42,262 bases of DNA from Sedimentisphaerales bacterium (GTDB taxonomy: Bacteria > Planctomycetota > Phycisphaerae > Sedimentisphaerales > SM23-30): contig CAXXMR010000026.1 of NCBI GenBank assembly GCA_963663805.2, positions 1 to 42,262 of the forward strand, given 5' to 3'. The notes under the pieces were generated by a model that saw only the letters and a list, made by a program, of their open reading frames with translations, searched no databases and had not been told where the DNA came from. Shown piece after piece: positions 20,854-29,263 of the stretch (positions within the stretch are counted from its first letter, which is position 1; every line of letters begins with the position of its first letter). Both the position numbers and the translations under genes were made by a program.

Positions 20854-21948
20854 CTAGGCCAGCGTTTCGATCAACTGCAATTGTTTACTGCCGCAATGAA
20901 GGCACTTCAGTGGTTGCTCGGGAGTTTTTTCGTCATCTGATTCCGGTGCACTGAGCATCAATGTCGACTCCGGCATCTGTTCGGTAACGGCCAATGAACA
21001 GATCAGTTTTTTGACATTATGCCGATTGGAAGGATGCCAGATCCCATAGTAACGCACCTTATGAAAGCCCTTTGGCAATACGTGCTGCAGATACCGCCGG
21101 ATAAACTCACAGCCCTCAAGTTTTAATATCTTCCAATTACCGGTCCGTCGATCTTTATGCTTGAATGTCACATACGTGCTGTCCATACTCAGGATACGAT
21201 TATTGGTAATCGCGATTCGAAACACATAACGGCCCAGATAATTCAAGACCGCTTTTGAGCCTTGCTCATAATGCAAACTGTGCACGACCCAGTCTCTGTC
21301 CCAGGCAGCAGTATCTATCTGTTGGTAAAGATCAGGATAGTTCTTTCTGAGTCTGGCGGCCAATTTGCCTCTGATCAATCTGGAAAGAGCCCGGACCGGC
21401 ACCAGGTATTTATTTTTGCAGGATACCCACCGGCCCTGCTGGTCAACCCCGCCGCCGGTAACCAGCAGATGAACATGGGGATGATAGCTCAGATTGCTGC
21501 CCCAGGTATGCAATACCGCTAAAATACCAACTCTCGCCCCGAGATGTTTGGGATCATCGGCCAACTGAATTAGAGCATCGGTGGCAGTTTTCATCAGCAG
21601 CGAGTACAGCTGCTTTTGGTTACTGCGAAACACAGTGCGCAGAGATTGCGGTAATGTCACCGTTACGTGAAAATAATCGCATGGTAACAATTCGGCAGTG
21701 CGTTGCTCGAGCCATATACTGGTCTGTTCCCGGTGGCAGGCGGGACAATGCCGGTTGCGACAGCCATGGAAGACGTATGATTTCTTGCCACAATTATCAC
21801 ACTGGTAAACATGACCACCCATTTCGGGGGTACGGCATCTCTGAATATCCAATAACGCTTGTTTGTGCGAAACAGGCATGGACTCCGAGAACCGCTGCAG
21901 GTATAATGGACCGAACTGACGCATGATGTCGGCCAGTTCGATGGACAT
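20854..21948 (-). CDS. IS91-family (Y2, rolling-circle) transposase
   Basis: Zn motif CRT..MGG..C..C..CRNRHCP.C, YFHVTVTLP, LHTWG..YHPHVHLLVTGGG, YLGRYVFRIAI, HVLPKGF.KVRYYG. Confidence 0.95.
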   Translation of the reverse strand: MSIELADIMRQFGPLYLQRFSESMPVSHKQALLDIQRCRTPEMGGHVYQCDNCGKKSYVFHGCRNRHCPACHREQTSIWLEQRTAELLPCDYFHVTVTLPQSLRTVFRSNQKQLYSLLMKTATDALIQLADDPKHLGARVGILAVLHTWGSNLSYHPHVHLLVTGGGVDQQGRWVSCKNKYLVPVRALSRLIRGKLAARLRKNYPDLYQQIDTAAWDRDWVVHSLHYEQGSKAVLNYLGRYVFRIAITNNRILSMDSTYVTFKHKDRRTGNWKILKLEGCEFIRRYLQHVLPKGFHKVRYYGIWHPSNRHNVKKLICSLAVTEQMPESTLMLSAPESDDEKTPEQPLKCLHCGSKQLQLIETLA

Positions 21949-22473
21949 GACTCAGCCCAGTTAAGGTGAGCGAGTCATGATTTTCTCGATGGTATTGCGA
22001 ACTTTGTTTTGGATGGGCGTGGTCATGTGCGTGTAGATCTCAGTTGACTTAATGCTTCTGTGCCCCAGAAGCATCTGGACAACACGCACATCCACGCCAT
22101 TTTCCAATAATCGCGTGGCAAAACTATGACGCAGGATATGAGGAGTTACGTCCTTGATCGCTAATGATTGGGCCGCTTGATTGAATGCCTTCCGAACCGC
22201 ACTGTCCGTGATGTGACTCTTGCCATAGCGACTGGGAAAAAGATATTTGGGATGCTGATGACCTTTCCAGAACATACGCATCAAATATAGAGTACTGGGC
22301 GAAATCGGCACCAGTCTTTGGGAATTACCCTTGCCAATGGTGATTAGCATTGAAAATGGAGCCAGATTTGCGGGTTTTCTCTTCTGAAAAAGCATCGAAA
22401 AAGGAGCCACTGTAAAAGGCCGATAAGATGTGTTTAAGATACGTAACATTTTAGACACAGGAGGCTTAGAAAG

Positions 22474-23961
22474 GTGCTTACAGTGGAGCATTATGAGATT
22501 ATCAGACGTAAAGTTCGTGATGGGATATCGCAACGTGAGGTTGCCCTGGAGCTGGGGCATTCGCGTAACACGGTGGCCAAGGCCCTGAAAAATCCGATTC
22601 CGCCGGGCTATCGGCTCAGTCAGCCGCGGGTCAAGGCTGTCATGGATCCCTTCGCGCACATTATTGACACCTGGCTGGAATCTGACAAAAAGGTTCGGCG
22701 TAAGCAGCGGATGCAGGCGACCAAAATGTATCAGCGGCTTTGTGACGAGTATGGTTTCACCGGTCATTACAGCACTGTCCAGCGGTATATCAAGGAAGCG
22801 AGTAATCGCCAAAAAGAAGCTTACCTGCCGTTAGCGTTTGAGTTTGGCGAAGAAGCCCAGGTTGACTGGCATGAAGCTAACATTAAAGAAAACGGCAGGG
22901 AGAAGAAGGTCTACGTTTTTTGCATGAAGCTGTGCTGTTCTAAGGCTCCTTTTGTTTGTGCTTACGAGAGCATGAAGATCGAATGTTTTCTTGACGGCCA
23001 TGTCCGGGCGTTTGAATATTTCGGCGGCGTGCCCAAACGCATTGCTTACGACAATTTAAAAACTGCGGTTCTAAAGGTTCTCAAAAAAGGCAAGCGTCGG
23101 CTCAACCGCAAATTCGTAGAGCTTAAGAGTTGGTATTTGTTTGACACTCGTTTTTGCAATGTCGCTAAAGGTAATGAAAAAGGCGATGTCGAGAATCTCG
23201 CCAAGCGAAGTGAAAGGCAGTTCTTCTCTCCGGTTCCGAGAGTTACCGATATGGCTCAGCTGAATGAGATGCTGATTGCTCAGTGTATCAAAGAACTGGA
23301 TCGCCAGGGCCCTGCACCTCATACGAATAAAACCATTGGCGATTTATTTGCGGAAGAGAAAACACATTTATACGAACTGCCTGAGCAGAAGTTTGAAGCC
23401 TGTCGTCGAATATCCACCTTTGCGGACAAACAGCTTACAGTACGGGTTGATACTAACCGGTATTCGGTGCCGACGGAGTATGCCTATCAATCTTGCCAGG
23501 TCAAGGTATTCGTTGACCGGGTTGACCTGTTCTATAAAAATGAGCTGGTTGCCTCGCATTCCAGATGTTACGATAAAGACCAGTATATCCTGGATCCGCT
23601 GCATTATATCAAACTTTTAGAGCGTAAGCCCGGTTCGCTGGATAATGCTCGGCCATTCAAGGGCCAGCCCTGGGGCGAAGATTTCACCTTGATGCGAACA
23701 GAGCTTGAATATCGATACGGCAGTGAAGGGACCGGTAAATACATCAACATCCTGCTGCTCTTTATCAGGCATCCGCAAAAAGAAGTTGAACATGCCGTTG
23801 GTGTTTGTGTCAAGTGCCGGGCGTTCAGCGATGAAGCGGTGGAAAGCTTTTTACGTAACGGCTCACAATTGAACCTTGCCGGCAATCAAGTCCTGGTAAA
23901 CCAAGGCGATGGCAAACGCAATCTCGATGTTTATAACCAGTTGGCCGGGGAGGTAGCATGA
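22474..23961 (+). CDS. istA: IS21 transposase IstA
   Basis: N-terminal [48 protein letters not shown]. Confidence 0.96.
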   Translation: MLTVEHYEIIRRKVRDGISQREVALELGHSRNTVAKALKNPIPPGYRLSQPRVKAVMDPFAHIIDTWLESDKKVRRKQRMQATKMYQRLCDEYGFTGHYSTVQRYIKEASNRQKEAYLPLAFEFGEEAQVDWHEANIKENGREKKVYVFCMKLCCSKAPFVCAYESMKIECFLDGHVRAFEYFGGVPKRIAYDNLKTAVLKVLKKGKRRLNRKFVELKSWYLFDTRFCNVAKGNEKGDVENLAKRSERQFFSPVPRVTDMAQLNEMLIAQCIKELDRQGPAPHTNKTIGDLFAEEKTHLYELPEQKFEACRRISTFADKQLTVRVDTNRYSVPTEYAYQSCQVKVFVDRVDLFYKNELVASHSRCYDKDQYILDPLHYIKLLERKPGSLDNARPFKGQPWGEDFTLMRTELEYRYGSEGTGKYINILLLFIRHPQKEVEHAVGVCVKCRAFSDEAVESFLRNGSQLNLAGNQVLVNQGDGKRNLDVYNQLAGEVA

Positions 23962-24722
23962 AAGATCAAATGGTTTTATTAAAAAGCTATCTCAAGACCC
24001 TGAAGCTTCCGACAATTCAAAAAGAGTATCAGACAATTGCCCGGGCATCCGCCCAGGCAAACGAATCCTATGAAAGTTACCTGCAAAGACTGGCCGAAAT
24101 CGAAGTCTTTCATCGACAGTCGCAGGCCATCGCCAGGAGATTGAAACAGGCAAACTTCCCCATGACTAAGGAACTTGAAAGTTTTGATTTTATGGCCGTG
24201 CCGCAGATAAATAAAAAACAGATTATCGACCTTTCGATGTGCGGCTTTATCGACCGCCGCAGTAATATCGTCTTTACCGGCCCGCCGGGCGTGGGTAAAA
24301 GTCATCTGGCCATCGCCCTCGGCCGGGAAGCCTGCCGACGAGGTTATAAAGTGCGGTTTTTTACCGCTGCTGAACTGGTTAATACGTATCTCGAAGCCCG
24401 ACAGGAAAGAGCGGTGTTGAAATTAGAGAGCTATATAAAAAAATGCGACCTGATCATCATCGATGAACTGGGCTATGTCCCGTTCGACCGTATCGGAGCG
24501 GAACATCTGTTCGGCTTTTTCAGCCAGTGCTATGAACAAACCAGCCTGATCGTAACAACGAATCTGCCATTCGCCGATTGGCCCCAGGTCTTTGGCGATG
24601 ATGAAAGATTAGCCGGTGCTCTGCTGGACCGACTGACCCACCATGTGAGCGTGGTCGAAATCATAACCGACAGCTGGCGACTTAACCAGAGTTTAGAGAA
24701 AAAACGGAAAAAAGAAGGCTAA
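23958..24722 (+). CDS. istB: IS21 helper ATPase IstB
   Basis: Walker A GPPGVGKSH, Walker B LIIIDELGY, TTNLPF, LLDRLTHH; ATGA overlap with istA. Confidence 0.97.
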   Translation: MKDQMVLLKSYLKTLKLPTIQKEYQTIARASAQANESYESYLQRLAEIEVFHRQSQAIARRLKQANFPMTKELESFDFMAVPQINKKQIIDLSMCGFIDRRSNIVFTGPPGVGKSHLAIALGREACRRGYKVRFFTAAELVNTYLEARQERAVLKLESYIKKCDLIIIDELGYVPFDRIGAEHLFGFFSQCYEQTSLIVTTNLPFADWPQVFGDDERLAGALLDRLTHHVSVVEIITDSWRLNQSLEKKRKKEG

Positions 24723-25773
24723 GAAAGCCTCAATCCAACGAAAAAGGACCAGAATCCCTATTGACAACGCCGAAATCGGCGTTATTTTACTAACCTAAGT
24801 GGCTCAGATTTCGATGCAAATCTGGCTCCATTTTCAATACTAATCACCATGCCAATGACCGTCAAATTGCCGGTGGCCTTATCGATGTCGGAAATTTCAA
24901 TCTTGACAGCCTCCCCCAAACGCAGGCCGCAGGAATACATCATCTGCAGACAGCAGCGATATATCGGGCGATCTAACGCGTGAATCAATTGCAGGCAGTC
25001 GCTATGTTCCAGAACCCGGGGTAAACGGAACTGAGATAACGAACGCATTTTTTTTAAAAAAGATGCCAGTCTTTACCCAGAGTCTCATTGAAGAAGAATC
25101 TCAGGGCGAACCGTAACACCTTGAAAGTGCCTTTAGGAATGTTACGGCGATGCCGTGCCAATAGATACTCTGCGACCTGCTGCTCGGTGAGTTCGTTCGG
25201 AGCACACCAATAGTAGCGGACGATTTGCTCGACCGCATCCAGATAGGTTCGACGCGACTCCGCCGCCAAACCGGCCAGTTCCATGTCCTTGAGAAACTGA
25301 GCCCTGAGGACGTTGGCCTCAGCGATCTGGGGTAATTTGCCGCCTGGAGTGACAGTACTGAGTTTTGGGGAATCGATTCGTTGCTTCATGAGTTCTACCT
25401 TTCTGTGCCAGAATCTAAAAAAAGCCCGGCCCAACGCCGGACAGCATAGAAATAGTATAACCCCAAGCACCCCCATCCCCAAAAAACGGCCCTAATAACC
25501 CAAAAACAACGAAAAGCTTCCAATCTTAGCCACGGCGAAGCCGTTTAGTACAACTGGAACTGGCGGGTCAACGATTGGCAATGGGATCCTAAACGTCCTG
25601 TCGCAAGCTATCCATTGCTTGACATGTCCGATAACAGTATTACATACTACACAAAGGGTATTGCCTACTACAAGACTACATTTTTCTTGTTTTAATAACA
25701 AGGTTTTTTGGCTATTATGCCAGTCCAATTTATAAAGAAATTAATCTTTTTTAGAAAAATAAATGAACGACGC

Positions 25774-25802
25774 TTGACTTTACACCAGATTGAACACATA
25801 AT
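25774..25802 (+). promoter_or_regulatory. Sigma70-type promoter of higBA
   Basis: TTGACT (25774-25779), 17 bp, CATAAT (25797-25802). Confidence 0.6.
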
Positions 25803-25821
25803 GTACTCGTGAGGATCAAGA

Positions 25822-26127
25822 ATGAGAATCATTGCTAAGCCGATACTGATCGAATATTGGACAAAACACCGCCGCGAAAAAACTTCTTTAGAAAATTGGT
25901 ACAAGGTCGTCCAAGGGGCGAATTGGACAAAGCCAGACGATATTAAACGGACGTTTAACAGCGTTGATCCATATCGAAAGGATAACCGGCTTTATCATAT
26001 ATTTGATGTTGGCGGCAACAATACACGGGTGCTTGTGAACATCCATTTTAATACAAGGATTGTTTATATCCGGCGGATAATGACGCATAACGAGTACAGC
26101 AAAGAAAAATGGAAAGAAAACCTCTAA
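25822..26127 (+). CDS. higB: Type II toxin, HigB family
   Basis: MRIIAK..L..W....W..P.DIK..F....IFDVGGNN.R....I.F....YIR.IMTH.EY; toxin-first gene order. Confidence 0.92.
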   Translation: MRIIAKPILIEYWTKHRREKTSLENWYKVVQGANWTKPDDIKRTFNSVDPYRKDNRLYHIFDVGGNNTRVLVNIHFNTRIVYIRRIMTHNEYSKEKWKENL

Positions 26128-26144
26128 AACATGAGGACATATTA

Positions 26145-26558
26145 ATGGCAACAGAAACAATTAGAAATATACCGACTGACTGGAAAGAATTAGTTGCACA
26201 ACTCTATCTGCTAAAACCGATACGAACACGGGGCGATTATAATCGTGCGATGCATATCATTGAGATGTTAGCGGGACGAACAAACCTGAACACCGACCAA
26301 GAAGCCTATCTGGAAAGTCTTTCGATTCTCGTCGAGGCGTACGAAAAAGAGCATTTTGAGATTGAACCGAAAAGCACACCACTTGAAACGCTGAAGTTTC
26401 TGCTCGAGCAGAATGGTTTAAGCGGCTCAGATCTAGGGCGAATTTTAGGGCAGCGTCAAGTGGGTTCTAAAATTCTGAGAGGCGAGCGAAATTTAAGCAA
26501 GGCGCACATTAAAACGCTGGCAGAACATTTCTCGGTTGACTCCAGCTTGTTTTTGTAA
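26145..26558 (+). CDS. higA: Type II antitoxin, HigA family (HTH)
   Basis: L..LVEAYE..H....PLETLKFLLEQNGL...DL.......SKIL.GERNLSK.HIK.LA..F; GAGG before ATG 26145. Confidence 0.9.
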   Translation: MATETIRNIPTDWKELVAQLYLLKPIRTRGDYNRAMHIIEMLAGRTNLNTDQEAYLESLSILVEAYEKEHFEIEPKSTPLETLKFLLEQNGLSGSDLGRILGQRQVGSKILRGERNLSKAHIKTLAEHFSVDSSLFL

Positions 26559-26656
26559 TCCAGCTCTATGAGCGGCTGTGTGAATATATGGGTACCACGG
26601 CCTGCATCATGTCTACAGACGGGTAGCCTAATGCATCCTTTTCCAACAGACCCTAA

Positions 26657-26787
26657 CCCGGACAAGCCGGAACTAAAAAGTTGAATTTTCAAAAAACCGT
26701 TGTAACCTATTGTAAATACATATAGATATAACTACTTATAAAAATATCTTGCGCGCCGTGCGTAACTTTTAACTCATAAGAGACTAA
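26657..26787 (+). mobile_element. Putative non-autonomous ~130-bp element sharing both ends with the adjacent element
   Basis: Starts CTAA|CCCGGACAAGCCGGAAC and ends TGCGTAACTTTTAACTCATAAGAGACTAA. Confidence 0.6.
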
Positions 26788-26863
26788 CCCGGCGTAGCCG
26801 GAACCAAAAAAGTGTTTACGCCGCCCATGGTTTTTCCGATAATACGCATTTATTGCTGGCATA

Positions 26864-27466
26864 TTGGAAACACTGGACGTGCAAAATTTCATTGAACGGC
26901 ATCGTAGTAAGATTGAAGGCGTTACTTCCTGTTTTGATCGTCTCGTACTGACAGGTACAATTCCCGGCATTTGCTACGCTGAGGGTATGGCTGGTCACCT
27001 GCATAGCCATAATATTCGCATTTTTGATTATCCTCAGTGGGCCACGCCTTTGCGGGAGGAGATTCGTCAAAACGCTGAAAAGATCGCTAATGACAGTGGG
27101 CTGGAAATTGAATTTGTCCGCAAGCAAAAGAATTTTCGTAAAGAACAGCGTGTCAAAGAAGTTGTCGAACAGCGTGGTGGCCATCTCGGACAGGAGCTGG
27201 TCCGGACCGCGGTTCATGCCGTCAAAGCTGACAATATCGCTACGTTTCTGGGCCGAAAGCTCAATGGCAATTATCAGGGAGAAATGGGTAAACCACCAAC
27301 CAAACCTCTCGTATGCTCAAACGCCTGCGAACACACGGTCTGATAAAAAAAATCGGCCGAACGTATAAATATTACCTGACCAAACTCGGACGGCGAGTCA
27401 TCACCACAGCCCTTAAAGCCAGAGAAATGCTCATAATCCCTGCACTCAGAGGAGCTTTGAATAATT
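26864..27466 (+). pseudogene. Internally deleted remnant of a ~500-aa putative transposase family often labelled 'MarR family regulator'
   Basis: N-terminus FIERH..KIEGV.SCFDR.V.TGT....YAEGM; abrupt joins near 27190 and 27290; a shifted frame gives the wHTH-like end RMLKRLRTHGLIKKIGRTYKYYLTKLGRRVITTALKAREMLIIPAL. Family recognised from memory. Confidence 0.65.
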
Positions 27467-29056
27467 GTAACATTTTAGCCAAGTGAAGCAAATTCTATAG
27501 CTTTTGGGTTGGCTTGTGCAAAAAAAAGACAAAAAAACTTCAAAATGTTAAGATGGGTAATTTGCGCTATTGCGTGTAATGGTTTATAGTTTCAGCATGA
27601 TGAAGCCGAATGCTGAACAGGCTATCGCCGACCTGGCCTTAGAGCAGGAATTGACTGCGGAGCAGGCTGAGCTTATTTACGAGCAAGGCAGAGAGGCGGT
27701 GGTTTTTGTTTTGCTGAGACTGTCGAAACTGGCAGCGGAAAAAACACAAGGTACGTTAGTTGCCGGCAGTCCGGCTGATCCTTCGTGTCCCTCAGGTCAG
27801 AAGCCGGTTTTTGTCAAGCCGAACAAAACAGATAAAAAACGCGGCAAAAAGTTTGGCCGTAAAAAAGGGCATCAAGGTACTCGCCGCAATCTGCCGACCC
27901 AAATAGACCGTACCGAAGAACATCGCGCTTCATGTTGTCCGGACTGCGGCGGCGAACTGAAAAAATGTTCCGGCACACGTGAACGAATCATCGAAGACAT
28001 CCCGGAAGATGTTCGCGTTGAGACGGTAAAGCATGTTATTCATCGCGACTGGTGTCCGAACTGTCGCAAGGCGGTTGAGCCGATCGTAACCGATGCTCTG
28101 CCAAAATCATCTATTGGCAATGGTATTGTGGTTTTGTGTGCCTGGCTCCACTTTGCGTTGGGCAATACGATAGCGCAGATCCTGGAGGTGTTTAATTTTC
28201 ATCTCCGGTTTAAGATGTCGCCGGGCGGATTAGTCCAGATGTGGCATCGTTTAGCGGATATACTCCTGGCCTGGCACGAAGAAATAATCGAGGACATTCA
28301 AAAAGCCGGTGTCCTGCACGGCGATGAGACCGGCTGGCGGGTAAACGGTAAAACGCATTGGTTATGGTGCTTTACCAGCCATCAAGCCACGATTTTTACG
28401 GTCGAGCAGTCGCGGGCCGGGCCGGTGGTTTTGGAATTTATCAAAGAATGTTTCAACGGCGTGTTCGTAAGTGACTTCTGGTATGCTTACAATGTATTGT
28501 CATGCGCCAAACAAAAGTGCCTGGTTCACTTACTGCGTGATTTGGAGCGAGTCTGGAAAGCCAAAGACCACAGCGGCGATTGGCCGAGGTTCTCCAAAAA
28601 ACTCAAACGATTAATTCGCGACGCGATACGCCTGCGTAAACGCATCGATGAACTGGATGCGACGGTTTACCAGCGGCGCTGCCAACGAATCGAAAAACGC
28701 TTGGATCTTATTATCGCGCATGAGTGGTCGAACAAGGAAGCTCAGCGGTTGATTAAGCGTTTGAAACGCCATCATGATGAGCTGTTCACTTTTCTGAGCA
28801 ATCGCGAGGTGCCGTTCGATAATAATTTTGGCGAACGCAGCATTCGCGGCGCGGTGATCATGCGAAAGAACAGCTATAACAACCGCAGCGACCGTGGAGC
28901 CCGAACGCAATCGGTGCTGATGAGCGTGTTTTTTACCCTGAAACAACGCGGCCTAAACCCGGTTGCTACCATCAAAAAAGCCCTGCGAACATACATCAAA
29001 ACCGGCAAATTGCCAAAACTCGCGGAGTTCTCTGCTTCACTTGGCTAAAGTGTTAC
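27467..29056 (+). mobile_element. IS66-family element, single-ORF (ISBst12-like), 1590 bp
   Basis: 24-bp IRs GTAACA(T/C)TTTAGCCAAGTGAAGCA (23/24); 8-bp TSD GAATAATT at 27459-27466 and 29057-29064. Confidence 0.97.
27597..29048 (+). CDS. IS66 transposase
   Basis: G.KKGH.G, CPDCG..CPNC zinc ribbon, HGDETGWRVNG, VSDF..Y, Q.CLVHLLRD, VPFDNN.GERSIR; start codon uncertain (27570-27600). Confidence 0.95.
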   Translation: MMKPNAEQAIADLALEQELTAEQAELIYEQGREAVVFVLLRLSKLAAEKTQGTLVAGSPADPSCPSGQKPVFVKPNKTDKKRGKKFGRKKGHQGTRRNLPTQIDRTEEHRASCCPDCGGELKKCSGTRERIIEDIPEDVRVETVKHVIHRDWCPNCRKAVEPIVTDALPKSSIGNGIVVLCAWLHFALGNTIAQILEVFNFHLRFKMSPGGLVQMWHRLADILLAWHEEIIEDIQKAGVLHGDETGWRVNGKTHWLWCFTSHQATIFTVEQSRAGPVVLEFIKECFNGVFVSDFWYAYNVLSCAKQKCLVHLLRDLERVWKAKDHSGDWPRFSKKLKRLIRDAIRLRKRIDELDATVYQRRCQRIEKRLDLIIAHEWSNKEAQRLIKRLKRHHDELFTFLSNREVPFDNNFGERSIRGAVIMRKNSYNNRSDRGARTQSVLMSVFFTLKQRGLNPVATIKKALRTYIKTGKLPKLAEFSASLG

Positions 29057-29111
29057 GAATAATTGCTGAAGATTTCATTGCCATTTTGCGCAAAATTTCA
29101 TTTGTAAGAGA

Positions 29112-29166
29112 CTAAGTGGCTCAGATTTCGATGCAAATCTGGCTCCATTTTCAATACTAATCACCA
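29112..29166 (+). mobile_element. Orphan IS21 right end
   Basis: 55 bp identical to 24795-24849. Confidence 0.93.
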
Positions 29167-29263
29167 CGGGGAGAGTGGGGGTCAACCCCCGTCAAACGAG
29201 CAATAACGACAGAATACGTCCCAGATACGTCCCAGATACGTCACTGATACAAGTTCTTATATT

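Larger units (their letters stand above)
22338..24849 (+). mobile_element. Complete IS21-family element (2512 bp) with 6-bp TSD
   Basis: TG...CA ends with long IRs and a second internal repeat at each end; TGCCAA at 22332-22337 and 24850-24855. Confidence 0.97.
21961..25389 (-). pseudogene. Tyrosine recombinase/integrase disrupted by IS21, with a frameshift at a T6A8 run
   Basis: N-terminal SAM-like part (25054-25389), MYSCGLRLGEA part (24850-25048), and KGN...[21 protein letters not shown] part (21961-22337); rejoins as VIGKGN once IS21 and one TSD are removed. Confidence 0.9.
20603..25555 (-). mobile_element. IS91-family element with upstream tyrosine recombinase, interrupted by IS21
   Basis: Integrase + Y2 transposase gene pair; inverted repeats AGTTGTACTGAACG (20603-20616) and CGTTTAGTACAACT (25542-25555), 13/14 match; outer limits may be 20563-25561. 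Confidence 0.75.
26788..29115 (+). mobile_element. Putative unclassified CTAA-bounded element (internally deleted, carries IS66)
   Basis: Starts CTAA|CCCGGCGTAGCCGGAAC and ends TGCGCAAAATTTCATTTGTAAGAGACTAA; no terminal IRs. Confidence 0.6.

Noticed and set aside
21961..22812. 283-aa ORF as a novel intact integrase
   Set aside because: Chimera of antisense IS21 sequence and the true integrase C-terminus (from IGKGN).
20563..26558. Integron (integrase plus TA cassette)
   Set aside because: The recombinase is coupled to the IS91 transposase and lacks the IntI-specific insertion; no convincing attC sites seen.
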